A DNA stretch of 63,421 nucleotides, the filler included, from Octopus bimaculoides (lineage: Eukaryota), in the NCBI RefSeq assembly GCF_001194135.2. It is 3 parts of 3 records of this genome, joined end to end, with 100 filler letters (N's around TTAATTAATTAA, not from the genome) between each part and the next. Parts side by side here need not be neighbours in the genome. Positions count along the whole stretch, not along the records: positions 1 to 26,724 come from NC_068993.1; 2 more parts are not named here. One strand, written 5' to 3'. This document shows, in pieces, positions 1 to 12,470 of the stretch. Below the pieces are notes generated by a model. The model saw nothing but the letters and a program-made list of their open reading frames with translations. It ran no database searches and was not told the DNA's origin. Position numbers and translations under genes: made by a program. Positions within the stretch are counted from its first letter, which is position 1. Each line of letters opens with the position of its first letter.

Positions 1-66
1 ATGTAACTAAATGTGTTCTCTTTATTAAATCATTTCAAATTGATTCAGCTGAACCAATAGGTAGGT

Positions 67-458
67 ACAGGGGCTAATGCAGAATGGCACCCCTTTGAAA
101 AACGAAATTTTGTGAAAATTCTTTTTCGGATTCCTACCTTTAACAGAGATTCCGAATATGCAAAAGTATTAACAGAATCCAATTTCATCTTTATTACATT
201 TCATTTATGGTTTTTAGACATTTTTAAGGGAGAGTGAGGATGGGAAAGTACTGACGTTTCGAAGAGAGAGAAAGATACAAACAGTACACTTATTTCAGGC
301 TCATCTCTACAGAGCCATTTTTTATTCCCTGCTTATTCTAGATCATACGGGGGTGATTGCATATTCAGAATCTCTCATATGTAAATCGTAGGAATTCGAA
401 AATTCTTTTACTGAAAAACTGCTAGGGGGCGGAAAGAGAAATTCATTGCATGCCCAAC
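67..458. mobile_element. Decayed foldback/MITE-like element
   Basis: Nested inverted repeats: 145-163 AGAGATTCCGAATATGCAA vs 357-375 (18/19 as reverse complement) and 125-137 vs 388-400 (12/13). Outer ends match only loosely. Confidence 0.4.
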
Positions 459-1434
459 ACCGGAAGTCACCGCACGCCACTGGAGTACATGATCCAAAAT
501 GTCAATTTTTGTTTTAGAGATAGTATGGGTGTGGTCTGAGAGAGATTTGGCAGTTAGAAGACAAATCTCTCTCTCAAAGTTACCCTTTACTATCTCAAAT
601 AAGAAAAGGATATAATACGCAATACAATTCTAGACAACTGCAAAGAGGCAGGGAAGTCATGTTTGGAATACGTTTGATCACAAATCTATTTGATGAAATC
701 TGATGAAGGAGCAAAATACTATAACAACAACAACAACAGCAGCAGCAACATTTTCATGTCTTCCAATGACTGACACTTTTATATTTATAAAGAAACTGAA
801 GCAATGAAATCCAAACACAAGACAGTAATCATTATTTAAGATGATCTTGTAATAGACATTGTTACGTTGTTGTGGAAAAACACAAATTATTACTTATAAT
901 TTTCCCTGGCATTGTACAGTGTAATTTATTTTGTTTATGCAAACATAATTAGTTTGGCTGTGCAGATTGTTTTGGCTTAAAACCCAAATTAATGAGTAGT
1001 GTCGATTTCCTGATCACATTCTCTCATTAACTTGAGATTTTTACATTGAAAACACAAACTCCACACACACAAACTCCACACACACACACACACACGCAAA
1101 ATATAGCTATGTTTACATCTGGAAAATAAAGAATAATTAAACATAAATCTAAATAAAATGGAAAATTATTAAGAAATAGAACAAGCAAGGTTGAGGAATT
1201 TTGTGGTCAAATTCTCATAACAGAATGAGGAGAAAGAAAACAAAATAGATTAAAGAATTTAGTTCTTCAAGAAACCAATTGTGTTTTGAATTGTGGATTT
1301 TAGCTAAAACAATATTAGGAGCTCTACCATATATCTAAAAAGTCTCTGTCTGGATATTTATGGGGAGAGATACATCGTTATGATATTTATTTCATTGCTC
1401 ATTCATATTCCATCACATATTCCATTTATCAATA

Positions 1435-2215
1435 GGAGTGGCTGTGTGGTAAGTAGCTTACTTACCAACCACATGGTTCTGAGATCAGTCCCACTGTGTG
1501 GCACCTTGGGCAAGTGTCTTCTACTATAGCCTCAGACTGACCAAAACCATGTGAATGAATTTGGTAGACAGAAACTGAAAGAAGCCCATCGTATATATGT
1601 ATATACATACATACATANNNNNNNNNNNNNNNNNNNNNNNNNNNNNNNNNNNNNNNNNNNNNNNNNNNNNNNNNNNNNNNNNNNNNNNNNNNNNNNNNNN
1701 NNNNNNNNNNNNNNNNNNNNNNNNNNNNNNNNNNNNNNNNNNNNNNNNNNNNNNNNNNNNNNNNNNNNNNNNNNNNNNNNNNNNNNNNNNNNNNNNNNNN
1801 NNNNNNNNNNNNNNNNNNNNNNNNNNNNNNNNNNNNNNNNNNNNNNNNNNNNNNNNNNNNNNNNNNNNNNNNNNNNNNNNNNNNNNNNNNNNNNNNNNNN
1901 NNNNNNNNNNNNNNNNNNNNNNNNNNNNNNNNNNNNNNNNNNNNNNNNNNNNNNNNNNNNNNNNNNNNNNNNNNNNNNNNNNNNNNNNNNNNNNNNNATA
2001 TATATGTATGTGTGTGTCTGTGTTTGTCCCCTCAACATCGCTTGACATCTGATGCTGGTGTGTTTACATCCCCATAACTTAGCAGTTCGGCAAAAAAGAG
2101 ACCGATAGAATAAGTACTAGGCTTACAAAGAATAAGTCCTGGGGTTGACTTGCTCGATTAAAAAAAGGTGGTGCTCCAGCATGGCCACAGTCAAATGACT
2201 GAAACAAGTAAAAGA
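1435..2215 (+). mobile_element. SINE-A (bipartite tRNA-derived SINE) with internal microsatellite/gap
   Basis: Head GGAGTGGCTGTGTGGTAAG with B-box-like segment, body ACCTTGGGCAAGTGTCTTCTACTATAGCC, (TA)n plus N gap, then 3' half ending GAAACAAGTAAAAGA. Same layout recurs more than 15 times in the window. Confidence 0.85.
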
Positions 2216-3709
2216 ATATTGTAAAAAGAGAAATCTCCACCAAATCAGAGGAGATACGACAATAATGGAATTTGCTCCTGCTTGCTTTAGAATAAGTAAA
2301 GAATCAGACATTAGGACACAGATTGGATTCTGAGGAAGAATACAGATGTTTTGAGGACTTGAGCATAAAACTTTTAGACTTTTCCCAGTTTGGCTGTTCT
2401 TGTGTGGCAACAAGAATGCATGGAATGTAGTTTGTCTTGCAGAAGTGAACTTGGAGCTGTCTTATAGGCAAGAAAGTAAGCATCTTCCAGCCCTTCGACT
2501 GTCTGTCCGCCTGCCTATCCAGTTCTGGTTGTGCTGCACTGAATGACTGGAACTATTTTTATCACCTTAACCTGCATCTTCAGTATTCTGCATTACGACG
2601 ACAACCACCGCCAATGCGACCCTCCCCACCGCCATCATCACCATCGTCATTGTCTTCATCTTCATCATCATCATCTCTGCCACCACCTCTACCACTACCA
2701 ACAAAAACAGCAACACCTCTCTGCTCAACTTACCATATAAATTCAATCAAAACATCAGAAAAATATCAACTTGCTGATAAATTGCTCTTGACATGGTAGT
2801 GTTGTTGATGTAAGGAATGAAATATTATATAGGCCCCCCCCCCGCGTACATACAGACATACACGTATATATATATATATATTGATTATATGTAGAACACA
2901 CACATATGTATGTATATTTATATCTATAGATATATAAACACACACATACACATATACATGTGCGTGTGTGTGTGTTTGCAGCCAATAGTCACATAAGCAT
3001 ATTTCTATGCATACTCATGGATATTCATGTGTATGTATGCAAACACATTGACATACATATATAGAATGATAACATAAAACGAAAAATTGGTATATATTTA
3101 TGCATAATCATATAATTATATTTATAAATTCATACTTATTACACTCATGTATATGTGTGTGTGTTTCTCTATGTGTGTTTGCATGTGTATAACTATATAT
3201 ATATATATACACATATGTTCATACATATGTATGTATATATATATATGTATAAATATATACACATATGTACATACATATATATATGTATGTATACACACAC
3301 ACATATATATATATAAATGTGCATGCCAGTATATACTAATGTATATATATCTGTATATATGTATGTATATATACATATGTGTGTTGTGTTAGACAGTTTC
3401 CAAGTGTCGTCATGCTAATTACGGTGAGTGCTAGACACTAAAATTAGAAGAAAGCAAGAAATTATTCATTTCTAAAATGGTAAGAAAAATGCTGGAATCT
3501 TCTGAATTATATATGCAACACATGAAAGATAATGACAAGTGTGATAACGCTAAAGCTGAAAGACTCTGGTGTAAACTGTCTGTCATATATCATCGATAGG
3601 GGAAAATAAAATGCTTGAGACGAGAGAAGAAAAGTTCTGAAGATGATGAAATACAGAGAAAATTTGTGAAGACACGAGAGACAATGAATTTTATGAATTA
3701 GCTGGCAAC

Positions 3710-3860
3710 ATCCAAGTTCCATATTGGAGTTGGTTGGATGATATGACAGGAGTTGACAGGTCAGACATCTGCATCCAGCTCTTGTCTCTGTTTTGGCATG
3801 ATTTCTTCTGTTGGATACCCTTCCTGAATCCAGTCACTTTACGGTGTACACCAGGTGCTT
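3710..3860 (-). mobile_element. Old RTE-1 3'UTR fragment
   Basis: Diverged match to the GGTTGGACG...GCTGGATGCCCTTCC motif of copies at 33240 and 63200. Confidence 0.5.
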
Positions 3861-4084
3861 TTTCCCATGGTGCCAGTGTTAGTAAGATCACCGTGTGGTC
3901 CTGCAAGATTAAGGTCCTCTTTGACTGAATGGGGTTACGCTAGAGAAAGCGGTGGTTCCATGTTATGGGATGAGAGGATTTAAGTGTGAGAGAAGAAGCC
4001 AGGCCAAACAGGTTTCTGGTTGGAGATGAGTTGAATGGCTACTCACATAACGGAAGAGAGGGGGGGGGAGGGTTGAAACGAAAT

Positions 4085-4300
4085 ATTGGCTTCAACTTTT
4101 GGAACAAGGCCAGCAATTTGAAGGGGTGGGTTTAAGTCAATAACATCAACCCCAGTGTGTAACTGGTACTTAATTTATTGACCCTGAAAGCATGAAAGAC
4201 AAAGTCGACCATGGCAGAATTTGAACTCAGAATGTAAAGACAGATGAATGTCTCTAAACATTTTGTCCAGCAGGTTATCAATTCAGCTAGTGCACTGCTT
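4085..4300 (-). mobile_element. SINE-B copy (diverged)
   Basis: ACTGGTACTTAATTTATTGACCC...AAAGTCGACC...GAATTTGAACTCAGAA matches the copy at 58995-59227. Confidence 0.75.
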
Positions 4301-4688
4301 TACTGGAATTAAGAAGATATTAGCTTGAGATAAAGGAATTCTTAATACTATAGCTCTGGAGTATTCAGCTACAAGATGCCTTTATTTATATATAAATATT
4401 TATATACATACAGATATATGCATATATATATATATATTGTATATTGTATATTGTATATTATATTATATATTATATATTCCATATTCTATACCCCACATTA
4501 GTTCTGCAGGAATATAAATAAAACATAAAAAACAGACAGTGTTGGAACTCTTTTAAGCAAAANNNNNNNNNNNNNNNNNNNNNNNNNNNNNNNNNNNNNN
4601 NNNNNNNNNNNNNNNNNNNNNNNNNNNNNNNNNNNNNNNNNNNNNNNNNNNNNNNNNNNNNNNNNNNNNNNNNNNNNNNNNNNNTGCT

Positions 4689-4834
4689 AACAGAATGTGG
4701 CAGTCCTATAAAGGATGATATTACTGTTGTTTTAGTCCCACAGAAACATCTTTTCCAGCTGGCTATCAACAAGATGTTTTCCTGGGGCTAAAACAAAAGT
4801 AACATCGTCCTTTATAGGACTTCCCCATTCTGTT
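4689..4834. repeat. 146-bp foldback hairpin
   Basis: 64-nt arms 4689-4752 and 4771-4834, 55/64 identical as reverse complements, with an 18-nt loop. Abuts an N gap. Confidence 0.9.
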
Positions 4835-4866
4835 GATAAATACATTCTCAGAGATTTAAAACAAGT

Positions 4867-4912
<46 letters not shown>

Positions 4913-5074
4913 TTCAAGTAAGGGCTATCCATCCTTATCTCTAATCATCTCTCATTTTCCCTTACACTCGTGTGACATCTACAGATCTGCACCCGCTGTT
5001 CTTCTATTTCCATTCACTTCAGCTCCTCTTTCCAACTCTACTTTGGTAGCTCTCATTCTATAATTGGGTGTAAG

Positions 5075-5730
5075 CTGTTTGGTGATGGTGATGATGCTGA
5101 TGATGATGAAAATATGATGATGGTGGTGATGATGATGATGGTGACAATGATGACAACACTTAATGGTGATGATGAGGAGGAAAGGGAGGATGGATAATGG
5201 AGAAGGTAAGGGGTAATGACGGTGGTGGTGGTGTGGAGGAAGATGGTGGTGATGATGATGATGACGATGATGATGATGACGAAACCGATTACATATTTTC
5301 TTGAGACAAAAGTCTGTCTTATAATGATCACCAAGCTGGAATTCTTTAGGTCAAGCAATTATTAACATGGTAACTTTTATGGATCTGTTCTTCTCAAAAA
5401 ATATCTATTTACCATTTATTGTTTTTTTCTTTTTCCTCTTTCTGACTTGACTCATTAATTCTTCATGCGAAAGATTCCTTGAGGTGGAAGAGAGGAAAGA
5501 TATAGAATTAAGTATCGCATGAGAATTGGATGAACTGACGAAGAAGAAGAAGAAGAAAAAGTAAAAAAAAGAAAAGAAGAAAAAGAAGAAAAAAGAGGAA
5601 GAACAGAAACAACAACAACAACAACGACAGTAACAACAAGAAGAAAAAGGAAGAGATGGAGGAGGAGGAGGAGGAACATGAACAGGAACAGCAGTAGCAG
5701 CAGCAGCAGTAGTAGTAGTAGTAGTAGTAG
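5075..5730. repeat. Compound trinucleotide microsatellites (GAT/GGT, GAA, CAA, GGA, CAG, TAG)
   Basis: Directly visible; source of the spurious homopolymeric ORFs at 5053-5800. Confidence 0.9.
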
Positions 5731-5733
5731 AAG

Positions 5734-5862
5734 AAATCCACTCACAAGGCTTTGGTCGGCCCAAGGCTATTGTAGTAGACACTTGCCCAAGATGCCACAC
5801 AGTGGGTCTGAACCCAGAATCATGTGGTTGGTAAGCAAGCTATTTACCACACAGCCCCTCCT
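5734..5862 (-). mobile_element. SINE-A 5' half
   Basis: Reverse complement of the SINE-A head and body. Confidence 0.8.
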
Positions 5863-5988
5863 GCACCTTGATTATTTATTCATTTTGTTTTACTCAATTT
5901 TTTTTCTCTTTATCTACCTTTCTGTCTATCTAACATTTGCACTCTCTCTCTCTCTCTCACACACACACACCTTTTCTCTCTCCCTCCA

Positions 5989-6028
<40 letters not shown>

Positions 6029-6544
6029 GCTACTACATATATTTCCTTTCTGTCTGTCACTCACACATATGCATAAACACACACACACACACACTCTTCA
6101 CTTGCACATATGCACAGACATACAGACACACATAAATACTCACAGATACACACACACACAGAAGCACATACAAAGTATGTTTCATCACACAAACGCACAA
6201 TACCCTTGCACAGATGCACTTAGCCATCAACACTTCTCTCTCTCTCTCTCACACACACAAACACACACACTCACACATGTACACACATATACATATGCAC
6301 GTGCTCTAATTCTCAGACAAGAGATGTCAGTCAGAACAAGAATTCTCACTTTCTCGGAATCATTTCTAGTATTGTCTTCTTTTACCATTCCTTAATAATC
6401 TTCCATCTTTCTCCAAGACAGAGATCAATGCTTCCCATCTTTCTTCACACTTCATTGGTGGCAGGTGGAGGCGGAGGGGGAGGGGACAGAAGGGCAGCAT
6501 GGAATTAATAGGGATCACAGCTTCTTTTATTATGTAACATAAGA

Positions 6545-6788
6545 ACAAAAGAGAGAGAGAGAGAGAGGGGGAGGAGAAAGAGAGAGAAAGGGAGTAAGAG
6601 ATGAATGTAAACAGTGTGAATGATAGAGTGGGGGGGGAGATAAAAATTGGGTAAGGAAGAAGAGAAGGGAGGGAGAGTGATGGAGAGCAAGAGAGAAAGA
6701 TTCATTAAATGTGGGGGGGGAAGATAGTGAATGAAAGAGAAAGAATTGGGAGAGAAGGAAGGTTATGAGGAGAAAGAAAGAGTGAGAT

Positions 6789-6822
<34 letters not shown>

Positions 6823-7340
6823 TGTTGTGTGTGTGTGTGTGTGTGTGTAGTAGAGTGAATGATTAATGAGCTAATGATAAAATAGAAGAGAACATGAGAA
6901 AAATGGATTAGAGAAGGTGGAGGAAGAGAGAGAAAGAGAGAGAAGAGAGAGAGGGAGAAGAAAGAGATAGAAAAGAAAGAGAGAGGAAAGAAAGAGAGAG
7001 AAAGGAGGGGGAAATGAGAAAGAGACAGAGAAAAGAAAGAGGCAGAGAAATGATTGTAAAAGAAAGACAGAGAGAGAAAGAGAGAGAGAGAGAGAAAGAG
7101 AAAGAGAGAGGGAAAGAGACAGAGAAATGAGTTTAAAAGACAGAGTGGGGGTGGAGAAAGAAAGAGGGGGGAAGGAGTGAGACTGATAGAAAGATAGAGA
7201 GTCAGACAGAGAGGAAAATAATAATATTACAGAGAGAAAAGAGAGTAAGAGAGAAAAGAGAGTGAGAGAGAAAAGAGAGTGAGAGAGAAAAGAGAGAGAG
7301 AAAGGGAGAGAAAGAGAGAGAGAGAGAGATATGACCTGAG
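6545..7340. repeat. Long GA-rich polypurine low-complexity tract
   Basis: About 800 bp dominated by (GA)n/(GAAAA)n with a short (GT)n; explains ORF 6871..7416. Confidence 0.9.
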
Positions 7341-10300
7341 TAAAAACAAAACAAAATAAAATATATACAGTAAAACAAAATGACAAAAAAAATAAGTGAA
7401 AAGCCGTAGAATTCAATGAACTTAAGCAGTTGTAATTCTCGTTACCATTCTACCATTTCTTTAGAACAATATCTGCTTTTAATAAGTTCCCTCCTATTGC
7501 TCAGATTGGAATCTAAAAACCCTTTGAACTTCAAATCAAGAATTGAACCCATTCTCATTCCAACAACAAATATAAATAGATAAATAATAAAAAAAGACAA
7601 TGAAATAATTTTGAGAAGGAATCTTTAAGTTTCATTTCGTCTTAAACCTTAGGAATTTTTTTTATTCATAATCTTGTTGGATTAAGTTAATTTCGTTAAT
7701 CTGTTATGTTAATGTTTCATGAGAAACCAGCTGATCTATTGAAAATCATTGCAAATACAAGAATCTTGTATTTGACATGCATGTACACCCATATATACAT
7801 ACATGCCTATATACATACATATATACATATATATACGTATATAGATGGTCACACACATATGCATGTGTATTTCTATAAATTCCTTGTAACTATATATATT
7901 ATTGCACATGTATATATATATATGTTTATATATATATATATATATATATATNNNNNNNNNNNNNNNNNNNNNNNNNNNNNNNNNNNNNNNNNNNNNNNNN
8001 NNNNNNNNNNNNNNNNNNNNNNNNATATATATATGTATGTATGTATGTATGTGTGTGTATATGTATGTATGTATATGTTTGTGTGACTGTGTTTGTCCCT
8101 CCCCCACCATCGCTTGACAACTGATGTTGGTGTGTTTAGTAGATGGGTGGGGGCTTAGCAACAAAAAGGGCATCTGTCCGAACATTCTAATGCCCACTAT
8201 TGGGGCTATGGTTGAAGACACTTATCCAAATTGCCACATTGTGGGACTGAGTCCAAAGCCACATGAGTGCAAAAATAAGTTCCTTAACCACTTCAACTAT
8301 GCCTGCCATCCATATATGTATTTATTCAACTGGGTCTTATTAATTTTTCTGTGTATTCATTTGTTGCAGTCATTTGCAATTATCTTTCACATGTAGCATG
8401 CTACATGAAAGATACTCTTTCTTCACAGTGGTTGATAACAGCCTCCATGAAGTACCCCCTTTCTTTTACACACAAATTGATAATAGCTTACAAGAAGCAC
8501 ACACTTCCTTTACACGCAATGAGAGCAGCCTATATGAAGGACACGTTTTCCCGTCACATTCATTGATAGCAGAAGAATTCAATCACAAAATTTTCAAGAA
8601 ATGAATTATGCTGCGAATAATGTTTGTTTATTGATTTCTTTGGTTATGTTAACTAATTATTTGACATGGGAGAAGTGATGCAAAAGGAAAGTTCCGAAGC
8701 AGGGGAGGAGAAGGGAAAAGAGTGGGGGGTTCTGTTTAGTCATAGAAGCAACAGAAAGTAGCAATAGATGAAGCCATATTGACCAGCGAGATGTGATGGT
8801 TTCAGTTCTTAGGAATTTTTATCTCTTTTGAGCTGCTTCCATACATGTAATGTTGTGCCATATTGCAGTTACCAATATAGAAATTACTTCATTTTCCTTG
8901 GCTTCATCTGATCCTTCTCACCTATTCAGTCTAAGAGAACACATTCCCATTTAAGTGTCACATCTTCATCATTGGAATTACAAACCCTGAAAGAAAAGAT
9001 AGAAAGAATTTAATGTCGAAATGGAAGCAAATAGTTCAGAAGAGTCGAGGCTGGTTTAATAATCAGACGTATTCACTTCACTGCAATCCTTTCACATTCT
9101 TTCACACTTCAGAACTCTATAAAAAAAAAACAAAAAGAAAAACTGTAACCCTTTTTGACAAACCCTAATACATTCTTGTTTGCTGGAGTCATTGACTGGA
9201 ACCAAATCATTTGATGCAGTGTTTTTCCTGCCCCTGATCTTCAATCAGTTTTTGTTGCTTTCTGATTTAGACTGTTTGACTGTAAACACTTGCTTCATTC
9301 CTTTAATCTCTGGAGGATAGCTTACAGAGAGCCTTGTTTGCACTTGTATTAAAGCTTCTTAGGAAAACATTCAGTAAATATAGAAATTCTTTTGCCCTTG
9401 ACAGAATCTGATTGAGTTATAACGCTTTAAAACAAATAAATATACAACATACCCAAACAAATAATATCAGAAAAAGTTTCTCGTTTTGCTTCATGCATTT
9501 TGTTAGTTTTATTTCTTTTAACCAAAATATCCTGTTAAAAGGGGATCAGCAATGTTTACTCTATTTTGTGCAAGGCTGCTTTCCCTTCAGGGAGTTGCGG
9601 CTGTCTTCACTGATTCCCTCATTCCGTTATTTATTTATTTCTCTTCATGCAGAATATATGCATTTTAGCGCTACTTAAGCATGGCTGTGTACTTCGTTCA
9701 TGTAATAACGCAAAAAGCTCCCTTTTAAGAAGGATAAACACTCTCAAATTTTTATTGTATTGTCTTATATATATGTTTTATTTATTTCCTCCTCCTTCTT
9801 CTTCTTCCTCTTCTTTTTCTCCTTCTTCTCCTCCTCCTTTTTCTTCCTTCTCCTCTTCTTTTTCTTCTTGCAATTCATGCTTTGTATCTTCCTCTTGATT
9901 TCCCAATAATGTTTGGGGATGGTTACTTTGATCTTGTGAAGGTTCATTATATCTACTACACCTGTAATGGAGACTACTATAAAAGGTCAATTGCTATTGA
10001 TCACAACGCTCCAAAACTCACTTCATCAATGAAATTTGTAGCGCCATCCTTATTATGGTATTTTCAAGGATACCCACTTATTCTTCTTGAGTTTTCATTT
10101 ATTTGCTTTTCTTTTCTTCTTTTCTTTTTTATCTTTTATGATTATATTTTTAGGTCAATTTTTATGTTATTTCTTCATATACTTATTTAGTTATTTTTTT
10201 ATACATTTTTGTTAATCTTAGCATCTACTTCTTTCAGAAAGAAAATAAAAGAAAAAGAGACAGTTTCACATTAATGAGAATAAAAGAAAAGCAGAACACG

Positions 10301-10684
10301 AAATAAAGAAGACCATGCTATCAAACAGCAATGCTGTCATCTGTCCACAGATCCACACACAACGACCGACCGGCTGTAGTAACTTAGTTGTCATACGACT
10401 TCAGCTATGGCCAGAAAACAAACAAACAAATAAACACCAAAAAAAAAAATACAATAATAAAACCATTATCATTTCTAGCAAAGTTGCCACTTCAACCATG
10501 TAATATCAATCAATATTGCTGACATATAAACACTCATATGTCAATAACAATAAAACCAACAGTTTCATAACTAACTCCACCATGATCGTGTTTGACACAT
10601 ATCTACAACAGCCACAGGAATATAGATGGCTGTGCTAAATATATAAAATATGTGTGTATGCATGTGTGTGTATATATATATGCA

Positions 10685-10721
<37 letters not shown>

Positions 10722-11219
10722 NNNNNNNNNNNNNNNNNNNNNNNNNNNNNNNNNNNNNNNNNNNNNNNNNNNNNNNNNNNNNNNNNNNNNNNNNNNNNNN
10801 NNNNNNNNNNNNNNNNNNNNNNNNNNNNNNNNNNNNNNNNNNNNNNNNNNNNNNNNNNNNNNNNNNNNNNNNNNATATATATGCATATCTAAGTATATAT
10901 ATATATATGTATAATAAAGTAAAATTGGAAGGTACCATATGAGTGAAAATATATAGGGAATAGGATATGAAAATGCAGGGGTCTTCTGAAGATGTTTATT
11001 CACTTGACCGGTTTCAATTTTTCAAAAAAAGATTTTCAAAAGTAAAGTGCAAGGCTTTGTGTAGCCTTTGTGGTGTTAAAATATGGTTAACATTATTAAA
11101 ATACAGTGATACAGTCTTTGACAATGATTAGAAAATGTTATCTACATACATGTATACTATGTATGTATATAAGTATATTTATAAATATGTATACATGTAT
11201 GTATATGTGTGGGAGGGGA

Positions 11220-11520
11220 AGGTACATGGCTTAGTGGTCAGGCATGTTGCACTCATGATCATGAGATTGTGGTTTCAACTCCCAGACTGGCTGCATGTGT
11301 TCTTCAGCAAAACACTTTATTTCATGTTCTTCCAGTCCACCCGGCTGCAAATGGGTACATCCTGTGATGGATTAAGTTTCCAATCAAGGTGGAGTGTTGG
11401 TCTGCTCACCTAACCAGCAGGGTGATATCATTTAAAACATAAAATGAATCAAAGAACATTGTGACCAGTGATGTGTAATAACATCCACAAATCTGATAGA
11501 TCACATGACTGCCTGATATA
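11220..11520 (+). mobile_element. SINE-C (tRNA head plus TGTGTTCTTSAGCAAAACACTT body)
   Basis: A box TGGCTTAGTGG, B-box-like GGTTTCAACTCC; body shared with 16880, 52070 and minus-strand copies. Confidence 0.7.
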
Positions 11521-11534
11521 TATATGTGTGGATG

Positions 11535-11808
11535 TTTGATTTATATCACTCTCGGTACATATCCTCAGACTGACACTCAGACACTCTGAAATGTTCACAG
11601 TGGAACTTCTGGCATGAATGCCAAGTAGTACAACACGTCCTTTCCAAATTTCCAGCTGAGTGAATTGCGTCACGGTGTTGTTTTTCTCACAGATGGTGCC
11701 CAATTGACCCTACTATACTCTGTAGTTGATGAAATCAAAAACCAACAATGTGCATGCACGAAATTGAAAATATAAAATGGTAACAATTTACCCTTTGCAC
11801 CCTGTATT
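11535..11808 (-). mobile_element. Tc1/mariner left end with transposase N-terminus (truncated)
   Basis: TIR-like TACAGGGTGCAAAGGGTAAATTG at 11808; decayed frame EIWKGRVVLLGIHA...ISECLSVSLR homologous to 44025-44291. Confidence 0.75.
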
Positions 11809-11817
11809 TGTATGTTT

Positions 11818-12243
11818 GAAATGGGCTGTGCGTGAGAAGACCCGGCAAGCCAAGTAAGATCGTTGCCAGTGCCCCTGGACTGGTTCTTGTGCGGGTGGCA
11901 CATGAGATGCACCATTTTGAGCGTGGCCGTTGCCAGTACCGCCTGACTGGCTCCTGTAGGATTTTCGAGCGAGATCGTTGCCAGTGCCCCTGGACTGGCT
12001 TGTGCGGGTGGCACATAAAAGACACCATTTCGAGCGTGGCCGTTTTCGTGCGGGTGACACGTAAAAGCACCCACTACACTCTCTGAGTGGTTGGCGTTAG
12101 GAAGGGCATCCAGCTGTAGAAACTCTGCCAAATCAGACTGGAGCCTGGTGTTGCCATCCGGTTTCACCAGTCCTCAGTCAAATCGTCCAACCCATGCTAG
12201 CATGGAAAGCGGACGTTAAACGATGATGATGATGATGATGATA
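11818..12243 (+). mobile_element. RTE-1 LINE 3' end, young and 5'-truncated
   Basis: Last ORF codons KWAVREKTRQAK*, 3'UTR with an internal direct repeat, (GAT)n tail; near-identical to 33215-33519 and 63200-63421. Confidence 0.85.
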
Positions 12244-12303
12244 TATATATATATGTGTATGTATGTATGTATTTATATATACTGATATTTATATGTGTGT
12301 GTG

Positions 12304-12343
<40 letters not shown>

Positions 12344-12427
12344 AATACATATATACATACATATATATACATATAAATATATATATATATTTAGTGTGTG
12401 TGTGTATATATAGATATAGATATATAC

Positions 12428-12470
<43 letters not shown>

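Noticed and set aside
245-320. CGAAACGTC and a GGCTC/GAGCC hairpin as a hammerhead
   Set aside because: No CUGANGA core in the correct position.
421-490. GC box plus CCGGAAGT as a second promoter
   Set aside because: Single motifs overlapping the foldback element's end, with no adjacent donor site; too weak.
699-720. CTGATGAAGGAGC as a hammerhead core (similarly 40436)
   Set aside because: No stem II or GAAA follows.
11670-12167. 165-aa ORF and its relatives at 33302 and 29787
   Set aside because: Antisense reading of the RTE-1 3'UTR; recurs wherever the repeat does.
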